Shown here piece after piece: positions 15,682-26,699 of a stretch of DNA of 61,798 nucleotides. The notes under the pieces were generated by a model that was given only the letters and a program-made list of their open reading frames with translations, was not told the origin of the DNA and searched no databases. Within the stretch, counting starts at the first letter, position 1, and each line of letters opens with the position of its first letter. The DNA comes from a virus (taxonomy: Duplodnaviria; Caudoviricetes): IMG/VR virus record IMGVR_UViG_3300049982_000075, positions 1 through 61,798 of that record. One strand, 5' to 3'. The position numbers and the translations under genes are program-made.

Positions 15682-18666
15682 TCAGGACCGGATCCGGTCG
15701 ATGTTGATGTAGCTGTACCGGCCAGCAGTGCCGGCAGTGCCATCGCCCTTGAGGGAGACTACGTTTCCGACTCCCGCGTTCTGGAAGCAGATCACTCGGA
15801 AAGTTCCTCCAGCCTGGAGATAAATCTTCCGGTTGATGAAATTGACCGGGTTGATCGTCGTACTTCCGCCAACCGAATGCCAGAGCGCCTGACTACCGCC
15901 GGAAGTGCCACGGTAGATATAAGCTTCGCGAACTCCTGCGGCGAACTCTAGATTCCAGTAGAGCCCCAGATTGATGTTGTACCAGCCAGCATCAGTGACC
16001 GTGAAGACGCCAGAGGCAAAGGAAATGTTGTAGTTCGTTTCCTCGCCGGTCTCGTTGGGATCACCAACGGTGAAGCCGGTGATATTCGTGTTGGTGTTGT
16101 GGCTGATGTTCGACGTCGCGGCCGCCATGTGGCCATACCAGAACGCATCTTCGCGCTGGATCTTGCGCGCAGTGCCGCCAGCCGGACCGATGGTGGCGGT
16201 GACGAAGCGCGCCGAGCCATCGCCCTTGATGTACAGGCTGGAGTCGTCGTTCTTGATCTGTGCCGGGTTGGACGACGGGAAGCCGTTGACGGTCGGCGGG
16301 TTCGAGCCGACCACCGTCAGGGTGTCCAGGGTCGTCGGACCGAGGCCGGTGTAGTGCAGCCAGAAGTTGCTGTTGGTCGGCTTGGTCGCTCCCCGGCCGA
16401 TGTAGAACCGATAGCGATCCGGATCGTCCAGACCACCGTTGTCCGGAGGAGGACTGGACATGCTGACCTTGAACCGGGAGCGGCGCTTCCAGGTGTAGGC
16501 AACCGCAGGGCCGGGCGTAGTCTCGTGCAGGCCGGTGCCAAGAGGGTCGCCATCGTACTGAGTGGCCTGGGCCCAGATCTTACTGGAGACGAAGTTCGGG
16601 TTCCAGTAGGTGTTGGTGTGCTTGTAAAGGTAGCCGTCCGAGCCGTAGGTCCAGAAGTTGGTACCGTCGTACGCCGTGCCGCGTCGCTGAACGCCGGGAG
16701 CCTCAAAGGACTCCGAGTCCTTGTCGGCTGACGCCCAGTTGTCCGACGAGCCACCCGGGTAGAGAATCTGGCTTCCACCGGCCGAGCCATTGACCAGCAG
16801 GTTGGCTAGGGCGTCGTACCGCTGCGTCACGTAGTAGCGAGCCGCGCCCGTACCGTAGCCGCCCGCCCGAAACTGTACGGCGGTGAGCTGAATGCTGGAA
16901 CCGTAGCAGCTCGCCGGAGTACTGCGAACCGAGAAGGCCGTCGGCACGTCGAGGAGGCCGAGCGGCCGGACGAAGTTGCACTGTAGCGAACCGTTGGCCA
17001 GGACCTCGGAGATGAAGATGTCGTCGGCGTTGCAGCCGAGCACCGGCGTCTGGGTAGCGTTGCGCAGGCTGTACCGGGCGATACCGTTGGTGGGTCCCAT
17101 GTGGAGGTACCAGATTCCGTCCACGGTCCAGCGGAACATGGTGTAAACGCCATCGCGAGCAGGCACCGAGGAGCCTGACAGCGTAACCGTGGAGTATATC
17201 TGCCACTCCGCGTGGTCGTTGAAGTACAGTCCGCCAACCGTGGTCGGGTTGCCGGACAGGTCGAAGAACCAGGACCGAGTGCCGTTGGAGCGGACCTGGT
17301 GAATGACCCAGTAGGTACCCTTGTACTCGATCTGGCTGACCTCGCTGGCCACCAGGTCGAAGGCACCCATGCTGGTGGTCTTTGTGGCCATTGCGATGCT
17401 CGCCGTACTCGGGAGGATCTTCTCGTAGTCGTCCACGATGTTCGGGGATGCTGACGGGGCGACGATGCCGCGCATAAGCGTGACCGCGCCGTCGGCCGTG
17501 ACCTCGTTCTGGGCATTCTGGATCGAAAGTCCACCGGTGACGGTAGCGCCACGGATGACCATCTCGGCATCGAGGAACGCGTTGGAGCCGTCGGTCGGCA
17601 TCCGGAAGATCGGAGAGTCGTCCGAACGGTAGGCGAAAAAGCCCTGGGGGGTGAAGCCGGCGCGCTGACCAGACAGTGCCGTCCAGAAGGCTGAGGAGAT
17701 CGACAGAGTCGAGGCGAAGAGGTCACCAGTGATCTCGCCACCGATAATGTGGTTGCCCCGAATGGTGTCGACCGCGATATTGTCGCCCGTCACCTGAAAG
17801 ATCGTCCCGGAAGCCTGCGCGCCTGGGGCGGCCGCACCATCGGCGTCCTGCGCCACGATCCGAACGTAGTACGTCGTGTCGTACTGGATCTCTCGCGGAT
17901 CCGGATCACCAGGATTGACCGGCGGTAGGCCTGGCAGCGCCTTGATGGTCAGCTGCGTGGCGGCCGTGGTGGCGACCAGGGTCGTAGAATCCGGCGTGAA
18001 GCCGGACGCCGTACTGATGTGGACCTGATAGGTGACCGGATCGGCGTTGGCGATCGGAGCCCACTTGGCGAGGATGACCTCGAGGCCACCCTTGAACTCG
18101 GCGGCCGGAGAGCTGGCCGGAGCGAATCCGTCCGTGGAGACCTCGACGGGCCAGGAGTCGCCGCTCACCGGGTCGCTGGGTGCGCTGACCTTGCCAGCCA
18201 GGGTCCAGCAGACCAGCTTGACGTAGTAGGTCCCGTACGGCAGTGTCACGCTCAGGCTGCCGCCCTGGGGCGAGACGAAGCTGGCCACGCGGTTGGTGTG
18301 GTCCGGGATGAAGGTGTCGGCCGCGCCGACGTGCGCGTCGACCCGCAGGAAGTTCATCGGAGCTGGCACGAGGCCGCCCATGAACGTACCATCCCAGGCG
18401 ACCACCAGACCCTCGGTCGCGTCGGTGACGGACAACCCGGAAGGGGTCGGGGGAGTCGGGCCGTTCAGCGCGTTCGGGGCGTAGGTGCCGTCCCACTGCT
18501 TGCCGATCTGCAGAACCTGCGAGCCGTCGCGATCGTACGCCTGGACGGCGCCGTCCTCGACCGAGGAGTGAGCGAGCTGGCCGCCGGATCCAATAGCCCG
18601 AACGCGCCGGTCAAGCGCGTTCAGCGCACGAGCGAGCTCACGGAGTTCCCGAGACTGGTTGGCCAT
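15682..18666 (-). CDS. Large minor tail protein/tail fibre (FN3-like repeats, C-terminal C1q-like receptor-binding domain)
   Basis: position, PPTPSGLSV...VVAWDG FN3-like motifs, FTVTDAGWYNINL C-terminal motif. Confidence 0.8.
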   Translation of the reverse strand: MANQSRELRELARALNALDRRVRAIGSGGQLAHSSVEDGAVQAYDRDGSQVLQIGKQWDGTYAPNALNGPTPPTPSGLSVTDATEGLVVAWDGTFMGGLVPAPMNFLRVDAHVGAADTFIPDHTNRVASFVSPQGGSLSVTLPYGTYYVKLVCWTLAGKVSAPSDPVSGDSWPVEVSTDGFAPASSPAAEFKGGLEVILAKWAPIANADPVTYQVHISTASGFTPDSTTLVATTAATQLTIKALPGLPPVNPGDPDPREIQYDTTYYVRIVAQDADGAAAPGAQASGTIFQVTGDNIAVDTIRGNHIIGGEITGDLFASTLSISSAFWTALSGQRAGFTPQGFFAYRSDDSPIFRMPTDGSNAFLDAEMVIRGATVTGGLSIQNAQNEVTADGAVTLMRGIVAPSASPNIVDDYEKILPSTASIAMATKTTSMGAFDLVASEVSQIEYKGTYWVIHQVRSNGTRSWFFDLSGNPTTVGGLYFNDHAEWQIYSTVTLSGSSVPARDGVYTMFRWTVDGIWYLHMGPTNGIARYSLRNATQTPVLGCNADDIFISEVLANGSLQCNFVRPLGLLDVPTAFSVRSTPASCYGSSIQLTAVQFRAGGYGTGAARYYVTQRYDALANLLVNGSAGGSQILYPGGSSDNWASADKDSESFEAPGVQRRGTAYDGTNFWTYGSDGYLYKHTNTYWNPNFVSSKIWAQATQYDGDPLGTGLHETTPGPAVAYTWKRRSRFKVSMSSPPPDNGGLDDPDRYRFYIGRGATKPTNSNFWLHYTGLGPTTLDTLTVVGSNPPTVNGFPSSNPAQIKNDDSSLYIKGDGSARFVTATIGPAGGTARKIQREDAFWYGHMAAATSNISHNTNTNITGFTVGDPNETGEETNYNISFASGVFTVTDAGWYNINLGLYWNLEFAAGVREAYIYRGTSGGSQALWHSVGGSTTINPVNFINRKIYLQAGGTFRVICFQNAGVGNVVSLKGDGTAGTAGRYSYINIDRIRS

Positions 18667-18671
18667 AACGC

Positions 18672-19793
18672 CTAGCTTACCTTGTCGGAACGTACGACGC
18701 TGAGGGACGCGTTGTTCCCCTGGTCGGGTGAGTAGGTGATACTGTCGACGCGGACCCAGTAGCTCTCACCCTCCTGCCAGTCGTAGTCCAGGAAGAGCTT
18801 GATCTCGTCACCGGCGTGGAAGCTGCCCAGCGGTGCATGCGGGTGATCGGTGACGGTGACGGAGGTCAGATCGCCGGATTCGACTCGGGCCTTGAGTAGG
18901 TTGGCCGCGCGGTTGGAGGCGACCCGGACGTCCTTGATCGTCTTGTCTTCGACGACCGCGACACGCCGGAGCCGGCTCCCACGAGGAAGTGAGGCCGAGC
19001 CCTGGATCATCGTCCGGCCTTCGCCCGCGCCGAGCAGAAGGAGCTCGCTGGCCCACTCGTCGCCTGCGTGCGCGACCGACGGTGAGACCAGGATGTTCTC
19101 GCCGACAGCGAAGCGCAGGTCGGTACGGCGAGCATTGAACCGGGGGTAGGCCAGCTCGATGCGAGTCTCGACCAGATCACCGGTGGAGTTCCAGTTGTTG
19201 ATCTCCCGGAACTCGAACGGCGTGTCGTTGGCCAGGTCGTCGATGTTCTTGCCCAGGTCGTGAGTGTCGTACCAGTTCAGCTTGTACGGGCCGGACTCGT
19301 AGCTGATCGGGCCGTTCTGCGTGTCGAACTCACCCTGCTCCAGCTCGACGCCGATCTTCAGGCCAGTCAGCAGAGGGTCCACGGTCAGCCCGAGATTCCC
19401 GCCGGGCTTGCCCTGCAGGTAGGTCCAGATGTGCCGGTAGATGTTGAGCGGGTCCTCTTCGACGAAGAAGATCGAGTCGGCGCGGTCCGGGCCGTACGGC
19501 ATGCCGTAGGCGTAGCCGTGCAGGCCCATGATCTCGAGGTCCATCTGATTGCCGGACGTCTCGGTGTGGACCAGGATCCCACCACCACGGATCTTGCCTG
19601 CCGACTCCGCCCAGACCAGAGTCCCCCAGCTGAGCAGTTGCTCGGCCAGGCCACGAACGGGAGGGGTGATCGATCCGGTCATCTCGTTGGTGGCGTTCAC
19701 CGACTCGGTGATCGAGACACCAGTCAGCGGGAGATCCGGGTGGAGGATGTCGCCGTCGATGTTCTGCAGGATGAACCGCCAGTCGGCGGCCAT
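18672..19793 (-). CDS. Minor tail protein (Tal/hub-like)
   Basis: synteny; GKIRGGGI and GAGEG motifs common in actinophage minor tail proteins. Confidence 0.8.
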   Translation of the reverse strand: MAADWRFILQNIDGDILHPDLPLTGVSITESVNATNEMTGSITPPVRGLAEQLLSWGTLVWAESAGKIRGGGILVHTETSGNQMDLEIMGLHGYAYGMPYGPDRADSIFFVEEDPLNIYRHIWTYLQGKPGGNLGLTVDPLLTGLKIGVELEQGEFDTQNGPISYESGPYKLNWYDTHDLGKNIDDLANDTPFEFREINNWNSTGDLVETRIELAYPRFNARRTDLRFAVGENILVSPSVAHAGDEWASELLLLGAGEGRTMIQGSASLPRGSRLRRVAVVEDKTIKDVRVASNRAANLLKARVESGDLTSVTVTDHPHAPLGSFHAGDEIKLFLDYDWQEGESYWVRVDSITYSPDQGNNASLSVVRSDKVS

Positions 19794-19794
19794 A

Positions 19795-20841
19795 TCAGAC
19801 AGCCTCTTCGACGAACCTCAGGCTGACCATCACCGACGTGCCGATGTCGCACTTGATGTTGTTGTTCATCGCCGTGTGATCGACCAGGGTGGCCTCGGTG
19901 AGGAAGGTGCGAGTCGTACCGCGATCGGCCGAGGGGATGTCCATCGGGTCGCCGATGAGAGTCGTCCAGCGGGTGTTGGCCTGTCCGGGAGCCGGGTTGT
20001 AGAACTTGACCGCAGCTCCATTGAACTTCCGGGTAGCCCCGTTGAAGGCGGCCACGCGCATGCGCGCATCGGTGAGGATGTTGGCGCCCTTGAAGAAGTT
20101 GTGGATCCAGGCGGTCACGTAGACGCGGGTCGCCCACGGCGGGATGTAGATATCCTTCACCGAGTTGTCCGGCCAGGTCTCGTACTGCAGGTCGACGGGG
20201 ACGGTGAGCAGGTCGTCGCTGGCGATCGCCACGTTCCACTGGACGTTCTGCGATCGGGGGTTGACCACCTGGCGGAGGTCCTTGATCATGCCCGAGGTGA
20301 TCGATCCTGAGCCGTTCGGGACCTCCAGGCGAGCCAGGGCGTACACGGGGTAGCCGGGCGGGGAGATGAGGTCCTCGACGCGCGCAGTGCCGAGCGGGAC
20401 GTCCTTGATGACCCAGGCGCGGACGTACTGGAAATCGAGGGCGGTTTCGGGCGAGGCCTCGAGGTCGTCCTGCATGGCGGTGGTCATCCACGGGTGGCCG
20501 GCGACCGAGTAGTTCGGGTCACCGATGCTGACGCAGATCAGGTGATGCTTGGTCGTCCCCTGGCCGATGATGCCGGAGAAGTTCTGGCTGGCGCCGAGGA
20601 TCTCTTCCGCCGTCGCCTCGACCACGTAGGACTGGCCAGACGTCGCGGTGTATCGGTTCTCGAGCACGGCGCCACCGACGCTGATCCGGACGCCATCGCC
20701 CGGCGTGCTCAGCGGGAGCACCTTCATGTCTCCGGGGTTGATGATTCCGGACTGCTTGACGGCCGCGCGCGTGGCCAGGCGGGCCAGGCTCGCAGGCGAG
20801 CGGGCGCCATCAAGTGCCCACGGTGCGGCAGTGAGGGTCAC
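19795..20841 (-). CDS. Minor tail protein
   Basis: synteny; PWALDGA...ARLA, DMKV..TPGDGVRI motifs. Confidence 0.75.
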   Translation of the reverse strand: MTLTAAPWALDGARSPASLARLATRAAVKQSGIINPGDMKVLPLSTPGDGVRISVGGAVLENRYTATSGQSYVVEATAEEILGASQNFSGIIGQGTTKHHLICVSIGDPNYSVAGHPWMTTAMQDDLEASPETALDFQYVRAWVIKDVPLGTARVEDLISPPGYPVYALARLEVPNGSGSITSGMIKDLRQVVNPRSQNVQWNVAIASDDLLTVPVDLQYETWPDNSVKDIYIPPWATRVYVTAWIHNFFKGANILTDARMRVAAFNGATRKFNGAAVKFYNPAPGQANTRWTTLIGDPMDIPSADRGTTRTFLTEATLVDHTAMNNNIKCDIGTSVMVSLRFVEEAV

Positions 20842-20851
20842 AGTTCCTCCA

Positions 20852-21751
20852 TCAGAGTGAAGCGAAAGCTGGGTACCAGCTAATGGTACAGGTCGCAGTG
20901 CCCTCGCCGGAAATGCCCCGGAAGCCGAAACTCTGGCTGCCAGGATTCAGGTAGAGCTGACGAAGACTAGTCTGGGCGCTGAGAAGACCAGGGACCGAAC
21001 CGCCGGAGCTGTTCACGATCGTCTTCTTCCACGGCCGCGTGTCGATCTCGATCCAATCGCCCTCGGCGATGGTGGCGTTTAAACGCAGGTTCCAGTTGTC
21101 CGCCTGGACCTCCGGATTGATGATCGGACCGTTGATCCGGATCACCGGGTAGGTACGGCGGCGGCCGGTAACCACAGCCTGGCCAGGCGTGAATCCACCG
21201 GGCGCGGTCATGACCGGGAAAGTCACGGGGAAGACAAAGCCTCCAGCGGAGGTATAGGCCACGCCCAGCGTGACGCTCTCGACGCTGTCGCCGTAGTAGA
21301 GCGCGTCGACCAGCTTGAAGTCCGCCGTGACCGGTACGAAGCCGCCCAGGATTCGGTTGTCCGGCGGGGCCGCGAACCGGCGGGGCCGGCCGTAGACGCG
21401 CCGTACTCGTCCGCCGACCTTGTACCGCAGGATCGACACCGAGCCGGGCGTGTTGGACTCCTCCGGGGCCCAGGCCTCGGCCAGGGTCTCGAGCGCTTCG
21501 AGAGCGCCCTCCTCGTCCTCCATGTTGACGTGTAGCGCCCAGGTCCACGTCGGACCCTTGCGCACGTCGCGGCCAACTCGGGTCGCGCCGCTGAAGGGGT
21601 CGTCCTGGTCCTGGACCAGCCAGTCGTTGGCGCCAGGATCGAATCCGTCAGCGTTGCAGGACACGGCTAGGCCGATGCCGAATGCGGCACCCTCCGAGAA
21701 GTCCTCGGAGGCGAGCAGTTCGAACTGGTGATCTTCGAGCGCAGTGGCCAC
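20852..21751 (-). CDS. Distal tail (Dit-like) protein
   Basis: immediately after tape measure; RRVYGRPR, IRINGPIINP, IDTRPW. Confidence 0.8.
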   Translation of the reverse strand: MATALEDHQFELLASEDFSEGAAFGIGLAVSCNADGFDPGANDWLVQDQDDPFSGATRVGRDVRKGPTWTWALHVNMEDEEGALEALETLAEAWAPEESNTPGSVSILRYKVGGRVRRVYGRPRRFAAPPDNRILGGFVPVTADFKLVDALYYGDSVESVTLGVAYTSAGGFVFPVTFPVMTAPGGFTPGQAVVTGRRRTYPVIRINGPIINPEVQADNWNLRLNATIAEGDWIEIDTRPWKKTIVNSSGGSVPGLLSAQTSLRQLYLNPGSQSFGFRGISGEGTATCTISWYPAFASL

Positions 21752-21752
21752 G

Positions 21753-24700
21753 TCAGCTTCCCCTCTTGAGTCGCCGGGTCTCGAAGCGGAAGTCGTCCAT
21801 CACGTCGTCCGCAGTCAGGTCGGAGTTGTAGAAGTGCGGCTCGTAGTGCAGACCGCCAGCCTGGCCACCACTGCCCCGCATGCCCTCGAACTGGGCTGCG
21901 GTGAAGACGGGCTCCGGCTTTCCGGTCAGGTTCACCACGGTAGTCACACCCGGTGGCAAGTAGCCACCGTTGTCGTACATCATCGTACCGTTGTCCGGCA
22001 CCGACTGCGCACCGGGGACTACGCCGCCGTCGGAGTACCAGCCGTGAGCCTCCCAGAAGCTCTTGGCCTTCACCGGGTCGCCGTAGCGGTCGGAGATGTA
22101 CTGCATCAGCTGCTGGCCCTGAACGCCCGGATCACTGGACTGGCCGCCGTATGCCGCCGCTGTGCCCTTTAGGAGCTGGCCGAGGCCGAAGGCGGACGAG
22201 TTCGGGTTCTTCGCCATCGGGTTCCAGCCGGACTCCTTGCCAACGATCCAGTCAATGGCGTTCCACTGGTCGCCGTCGCCCCAGCCGAAGTTCGCTGCGA
22301 TGCGCTGGACGATGGACTTCACGCCACCACTGGTGTCACCGCCGAAGCCTGCCAGGCCCTGGATGATCGAGGTCATGCCCTCGATGAGCTTCTTCGGGAT
22401 ACCGGTGATGATCTGGGTGAAAGTGTTGTCGCCCCACTCCTTGGTGATCTTCTCGAGCTGCGAGCTGACCTTGCCCAGAAGCCATTCGGCCGGGTTGGAC
22501 AGCGCATCGCCGATCACGCCGAGAACGTTGCCGCCCGCCTCCTTGAGGCGGTCAAGCAGACCCTTGTCCTTGACGCTCGGTCCGTCGTCCCGGCCGCCGA
22601 GACCGTTGCCACCGTTGAAGTAGTCCTGGACCTGGTTCTTCGCCGCAGGACTTGCGGTTGGGTCACCAATGGCAATGGCGTGGATGTGGTCGTTCCACGG
22701 CCCCTGGCTCGGGTTGCGGTGCCAGGCAGCGAAGCCAGCCATGCGCAGCGAGAGCACGTCGGCCACGCGGCCGATCCAGCCCAGGTCCAGCGCACCGCCC
22801 CCTGCGTGCGTCGAGCCCGACGCGGCCACGGCAGTCGAGTAGGACCCCTGCGTGACGGTGAAGGCGTGGCCGGCCAGGCGCTCAGCCGCCTGAAGCAGGC
22901 GAACGGTGTAGTAGTCCATCCGCTTGCCGTGGTACGACGTGCGATCCCAGTCTCCGATACCCAGACGGTTGCTGCCACCGGAGTCCGGGTAGACGCCACC
23001 GCTCTTGAAGCCCTGCAGGAAGCGCATTGCCCCCTGGATGCCGCCGTTGCGAGCGCGCTTGTTCGCCGCGTGCACCCAGTTGGAGCCGAGTGCAGCGGTG
23101 AGCTCGGGGCGAAGGATGGCCTCGCCGCCGCCGACCGCGATGATCTGGTTGTCTCGACCCGGCATATAGCCCGGCCGGACGCCGTAAGTCGAGTCCGGGA
23201 TACCACCGGAAGCGAAGCCGGGCGGCGGCCACGGAATCGGGGTCAGCGCCTTGACGCCCGGCAGGCTGCCGACCAGCGAGTTGAATCCGGCGATCAGACC
23301 CTTGTTGATGACGGTGCCGATGACGAAGTCGATCGGCCCCTTGGCCATTTGCTTCAGGCCGTCCCAGATCGTGCCGATGATCCCGAAGGCGGTCTTGAAG
23401 ACGCCGACCAGGCCGCCGCCGTTCTCCTTCATGTTGTCGTCGAGGCCGAGGGCCCGAGCGATGGCAGAGAAGAGCGGCTTGCCAGTGTGATCCCAGACCC
23501 AGACGAATCCGGACCAGAGCGCCTTGAAGACCTCTCCGAGTCCGACCAGGACGGGCTTCACGGCGATCTCGAAGATGTTGTAGATGATCTGGCCGATCAG
23601 CTTCAGGACAGGCCAGAGGATGTGCTCCCAGGCCCAGACGACGTCACGGAAGATCTTGCCGACGAGCTGTCCGAAGGCGTTCAGGATCGGCCAGGCCGTG
23701 TTCTTCCAGAAGCTGGCGAGGGCGCCGCCGAAGGCCTGCAGGAACGGCCAGATCCACTTGTCCCAGGCGTACTTGATCTGGGTCGCGAGCCAGATGATCG
23801 CGGCCGCGATGATGTCGATGTACTGCTTCCAGATCGGGAAGGCCCACTGAACCAGGGCCACCAGGGCGTGCCAGACGGTGTCCAGGATCTTCTTGACGTT
23901 CTCGTTGGTGTTGTAGAAGTACACCAGCGCGGCGACGACGGCGAAGATCGCCAGGACGATCGGGCCCAGCGTGGAGCCGGCGATCACGGACAGTAGGGAG
24001 ATGATACCGGCCAGGCCCTGGAAGGCGGTGACCAGGCCGAGAAGACCGACCAGCAGTGTGCCGAGGGTCTCCGGGTCCATGCCTGCCAGCCAGTCGAGGA
24101 AGCCGGTCAGGAAGCGCAGCAGCATGTCGCCGTACGGTGCCAGGGCGCGCACGATTGCCACGAAGGCGCCCGCAAGGGCGAGCAGGAACTTCGCGACATC
24201 CGGCCCGACCTCCTTGAGGTAGGCGAGGAAGTCGGCGATCGCCTTCTGGCCAGCCTTGCTCTTCATCCACTTCAGGATCGACTGCGAGATGTCGAGGATG
24301 AACTGCGAGATCTGCACCGCCATGGGCGCGAAGATTACTGCGACGTTGGCGAAGATCTCCAGCCACGTCACGAACGTCTTGAAGAAGATCTCGATGACCT
24401 TCGGGGTCATCGCGGCCAGAACCTCGAACAGACGCTTGAAGGCGGGCCCGGTGAACAGCTTAGCCAGATCAACGGCGAGGCGGCCGAACAGTTGTGCGAT
24501 GGTGCCGACGAACTCCTTGAAGCCCGGACCGTAGGTGTCGATGACGAGCTTCATGCCCTCCAGCAGGCCAGGCAGGAAGCCCTCCTGGACAATAGCGCGG
24601 AGGTCGTAGAAATCGTCACGGAGGCTGTGGATGAACAGGGCGAATTCACGACCGGCAGGCGACAGCTTGCCCATCGCGTCCTGGACCTTGTTGAACGATT

Positions 24701-26654
24701 CCCGGCCAGTCACCGAAGTGTCGATCAGGGCCAGGCGGTAGTCCTCCTGCGCCTCCTTCAGGTTCCGGGTGGCGTCCGCCAGCCGCTGCTGGTTGTCGAC
24801 GCCGGTACGACGCTGCGCCTCCAGGGCATCCTGGATCGACCGAGCGTTGTCCAGCCGGGTCCGAGTGAGATCCTTGTCGGCGTCAGCCAGGTCCTGCTGG
24901 GCCTGCTTCTGCGCCTCCAGGGCGGCGGTGACGCGGTCCTGCGCGGTCTTGACCTTGTCGGATCCGTCGACACCCTGCTTCTGCTGGTCCTGGAGCTCCT
25001 TGCCCTGCTCGCGGATCTGCTTCAGGCGGAGCTGGGCGTCGCCCAGGTTGATGGCCGCCTGCTCCTTGTCCAGGTTGGTCGCGCCCGGGTCTTGGCGGGC
25101 GGCGGTGTCGGCGACGGTCGCGTTGAACAGGTCGATGACGGCCTGTCGCTCGTCGAGCGCGTTCCGCTTCCGCTGGTTATCCAGGTCCTGAAGATCCTTG
25201 GCAGCATCCTTGCGCGCCTGGACCAGGTCCTTCTGCGCCTGGATCGAGCTCTGGACGGTCTCGTTGTAGCGCTGCTGCGCGTCCTGCTGGCGACGCAGCG
25301 AGGTCTCCATGGCACGAGCGGCCTGCTCCTCAGCGTCAGCGACAGCCTGAGCAGCGTCGCGCGCAGCCAGAGCGGAGTCCTCGCGGGCACGCTTCAGCGA
25401 CCGCTCGGCGTCGGCAACCTGGCGAGCCGCGCTGGTCATGCGCTTGGCGTTCGCCTGGGCATCCTTGGCCGCATTGTCTTGCTGGTCGTTCAGAGCTCCG
25501 ACGGCATTGCCGAGCCCCGAGAAGGCCGCAGCCAGAATGGCGCCACCGATGACCAGCCCTCCCAGTGCGACGCCGAGCGCAATGAAGGCGCCGCTCAGGG
25601 CCAGGACGATCGGAATCAGGGCCGCGCCGGCACCAGCCGCAGCCAGGGCAGCGAAGCTGAAGAAGCGGAACGAGTTCGCCACGTCGCGGCCGTCCACGCC
25701 CAGCTTGCCGAGCAGGCGATCGAGCAGGCTGAGCTGGCTCTGTGCCCGCTCGGTGCCCTTGATCTTGACGTCCGGGCTGACGTTCTTGCCGTCGACCTTG
25801 GTCAGCTCGCGCTCGAAAGCCTTCAGCTCGGCTGAGGCCTTCTTCGCGTCAAGGTGGACCTGGACGTTCGGATCGGTCGCCGAGAGCAGTTCCAGCCAGT
25901 GTTGGAGGTCCTTGGCGTCGCGAATCGCGTCATCGGCAGAGATGTCGATGCCGATCCGCTTGTCGCGGAGCTGGTTCATCTGCAGCTTGATCTTGTCGAG
26001 CTGCTCGCTCACGCCGTCGCCGAGCGCCTCAGTGGCGCGGCCGAGCTTCTCGCGGAGCGTCTTCTCGAGGTAGCCGACCTTGCGCTCGAAGGTCTGGGTG
26101 TTGATGTCGGGCTCGATGACCGCAGCCTTCTGGAGCTTGGTCAGAGCCGCGTCGAGTCGATCGATCGATCCAGTGGCCGCCGAGATGTCCATCTTGACGC
26201 GAACGTCAGCGTCGTCGTCGATCCGCTTCAGCAGAGCGCGCACGAAGGCCGCGCGGGCCTCGATCTCACTGGTGTCCATGCCCGGCTTGATCTTGATCTT
26301 CGACAGCGCCTTGGCTTCAGCCTTGGCCTGCTCGAACGCCGAGATGAGCTCGTGGTTGTCGGTCCGGAGCTGGATGGGCTCCATCTCGCGCGAGAGATTC
26401 TTGAGCGAGTTGCCGAGCTCGGTCCGGAACTTGCCCGCGTACTTCTCCGCGTGCTCCTGGCCGGACTTCTCCATGCCGTTGCCCAGCACGTCGTCGATGT
26501 TCTTCTTGGCCTTGGCGGCGCCGGACTTCGTGCCCTTGTCCAGCCCGGAGTCGAGCGCGTCCGCGATGTCCTGCGCCTGCTGCTTGTTGGCCTCTTGGAA
26601 ACCGACATACGAGGGGATGACCTGGAGGATGACGGTACCCGCAGAGTACGGCAC
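21753..26654 (-). CDS. Tape measure protein with C-terminal peptidase-like and lytic transglycosylase domains
   Basis: 1633 aa, coiled-coil and W/F-periodic repeats; QGSYS...STHAGGGALD...HIH; KESGWNPMAKNPNSSAFGLGQ. Confidence 0.95.
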   Translation of the reverse strand: MPYSAGTVILQVIPSYVGFQEANKQQAQDIADALDSGLDKGTKSGAAKAKKNIDDVLGNGMEKSGQEHAEKYAGKFRTELGNSLKNLSREMEPIQLRTDNHELISAFEQAKAEAKALSKIKIKPGMDTSEIEARAAFVRALLKRIDDDADVRVKMDISAATGSIDRLDAALTKLQKAAVIEPDINTQTFERKVGYLEKTLREKLGRATEALGDGVSEQLDKIKLQMNQLRDKRIGIDISADDAIRDAKDLQHWLELLSATDPNVQVHLDAKKASAELKAFERELTKVDGKNVSPDVKIKGTERAQSQLSLLDRLLGKLGVDGRDVANSFRFFSFAALAAAGAGAALIPIVLALSGAFIALGVALGGLVIGGAILAAAFSGLGNAVGALNDQQDNAAKDAQANAKRMTSAARQVADAERSLKRAREDSALAARDAAQAVADAEEQAARAMETSLRRQQDAQQRYNETVQSSIQAQKDLVQARKDAAKDLQDLDNQRKRNALDERQAVIDLFNATVADTAARQDPGATNLDKEQAAINLGDAQLRLKQIREQGKELQDQQKQGVDGSDKVKTAQDRVTAALEAQKQAQQDLADADKDLTRTRLDNARSIQDALEAQRRTGVDNQQRLADATRNLKEAQEDYRLALIDTSVTGRESFNKVQDAMGKLSPAGREFALFIHSLRDDFYDLRAIVQEGFLPGLLEGMKLVIDTYGPGFKEFVGTIAQLFGRLAVDLAKLFTGPAFKRLFEVLAAMTPKVIEIFFKTFVTWLEIFANVAVIFAPMAVQISQFILDISQSILKWMKSKAGQKAIADFLAYLKEVGPDVAKFLLALAGAFVAIVRALAPYGDMLLRFLTGFLDWLAGMDPETLGTLLVGLLGLVTAFQGLAGIISLLSVIAGSTLGPIVLAIFAVVAALVYFYNTNENVKKILDTVWHALVALVQWAFPIWKQYIDIIAAAIIWLATQIKYAWDKWIWPFLQAFGGALASFWKNTAWPILNAFGQLVGKIFRDVVWAWEHILWPVLKLIGQIIYNIFEIAVKPVLVGLGEVFKALWSGFVWVWDHTGKPLFSAIARALGLDDNMKENGGGLVGVFKTAFGIIGTIWDGLKQMAKGPIDFVIGTVINKGLIAGFNSLVGSLPGVKALTPIPWPPPGFASGGIPDSTYGVRPGYMPGRDNQIIAVGGGEAILRPELTAALGSNWVHAANKRARNGGIQGAMRFLQGFKSGGVYPDSGGSNRLGIGDWDRTSYHGKRMDYYTVRLLQAAERLAGHAFTVTQGSYSTAVAASGSTHAGGGALDLGWIGRVADVLSLRMAGFAAWHRNPSQGPWNDHIHAIAIGDPTASPAAKNQVQDYFNGGNGLGGRDDGPSVKDKGLLDRLKEAGGNVLGVIGDALSNPAEWLLGKVSSQLEKITKEWGDNTFTQIITGIPKKLIEGMTSIIQGLAGFGGDTSGGVKSIVQRIAANFGWGDGDQWNAIDWIVGKESGWNPMAKNPNSSAFGLGQLLKGTAAAYGGQSSDPGVQGQQLMQYISDRYGDPVKAKSFWEAHGWYSDGGVVPGAQSVPDNGTMMYDNGGYLPPGVTTVVNLTGKPEPVFTAAQFEGMRGSGGQAGGLHYEPHFYNSDLTADDVMDDFRFETRRLKRGS

Positions 26655-26699
26655 GTGATCCTCCAGGTCGGATGGCAGGCTGAGCTGGATCCCAGTCTA

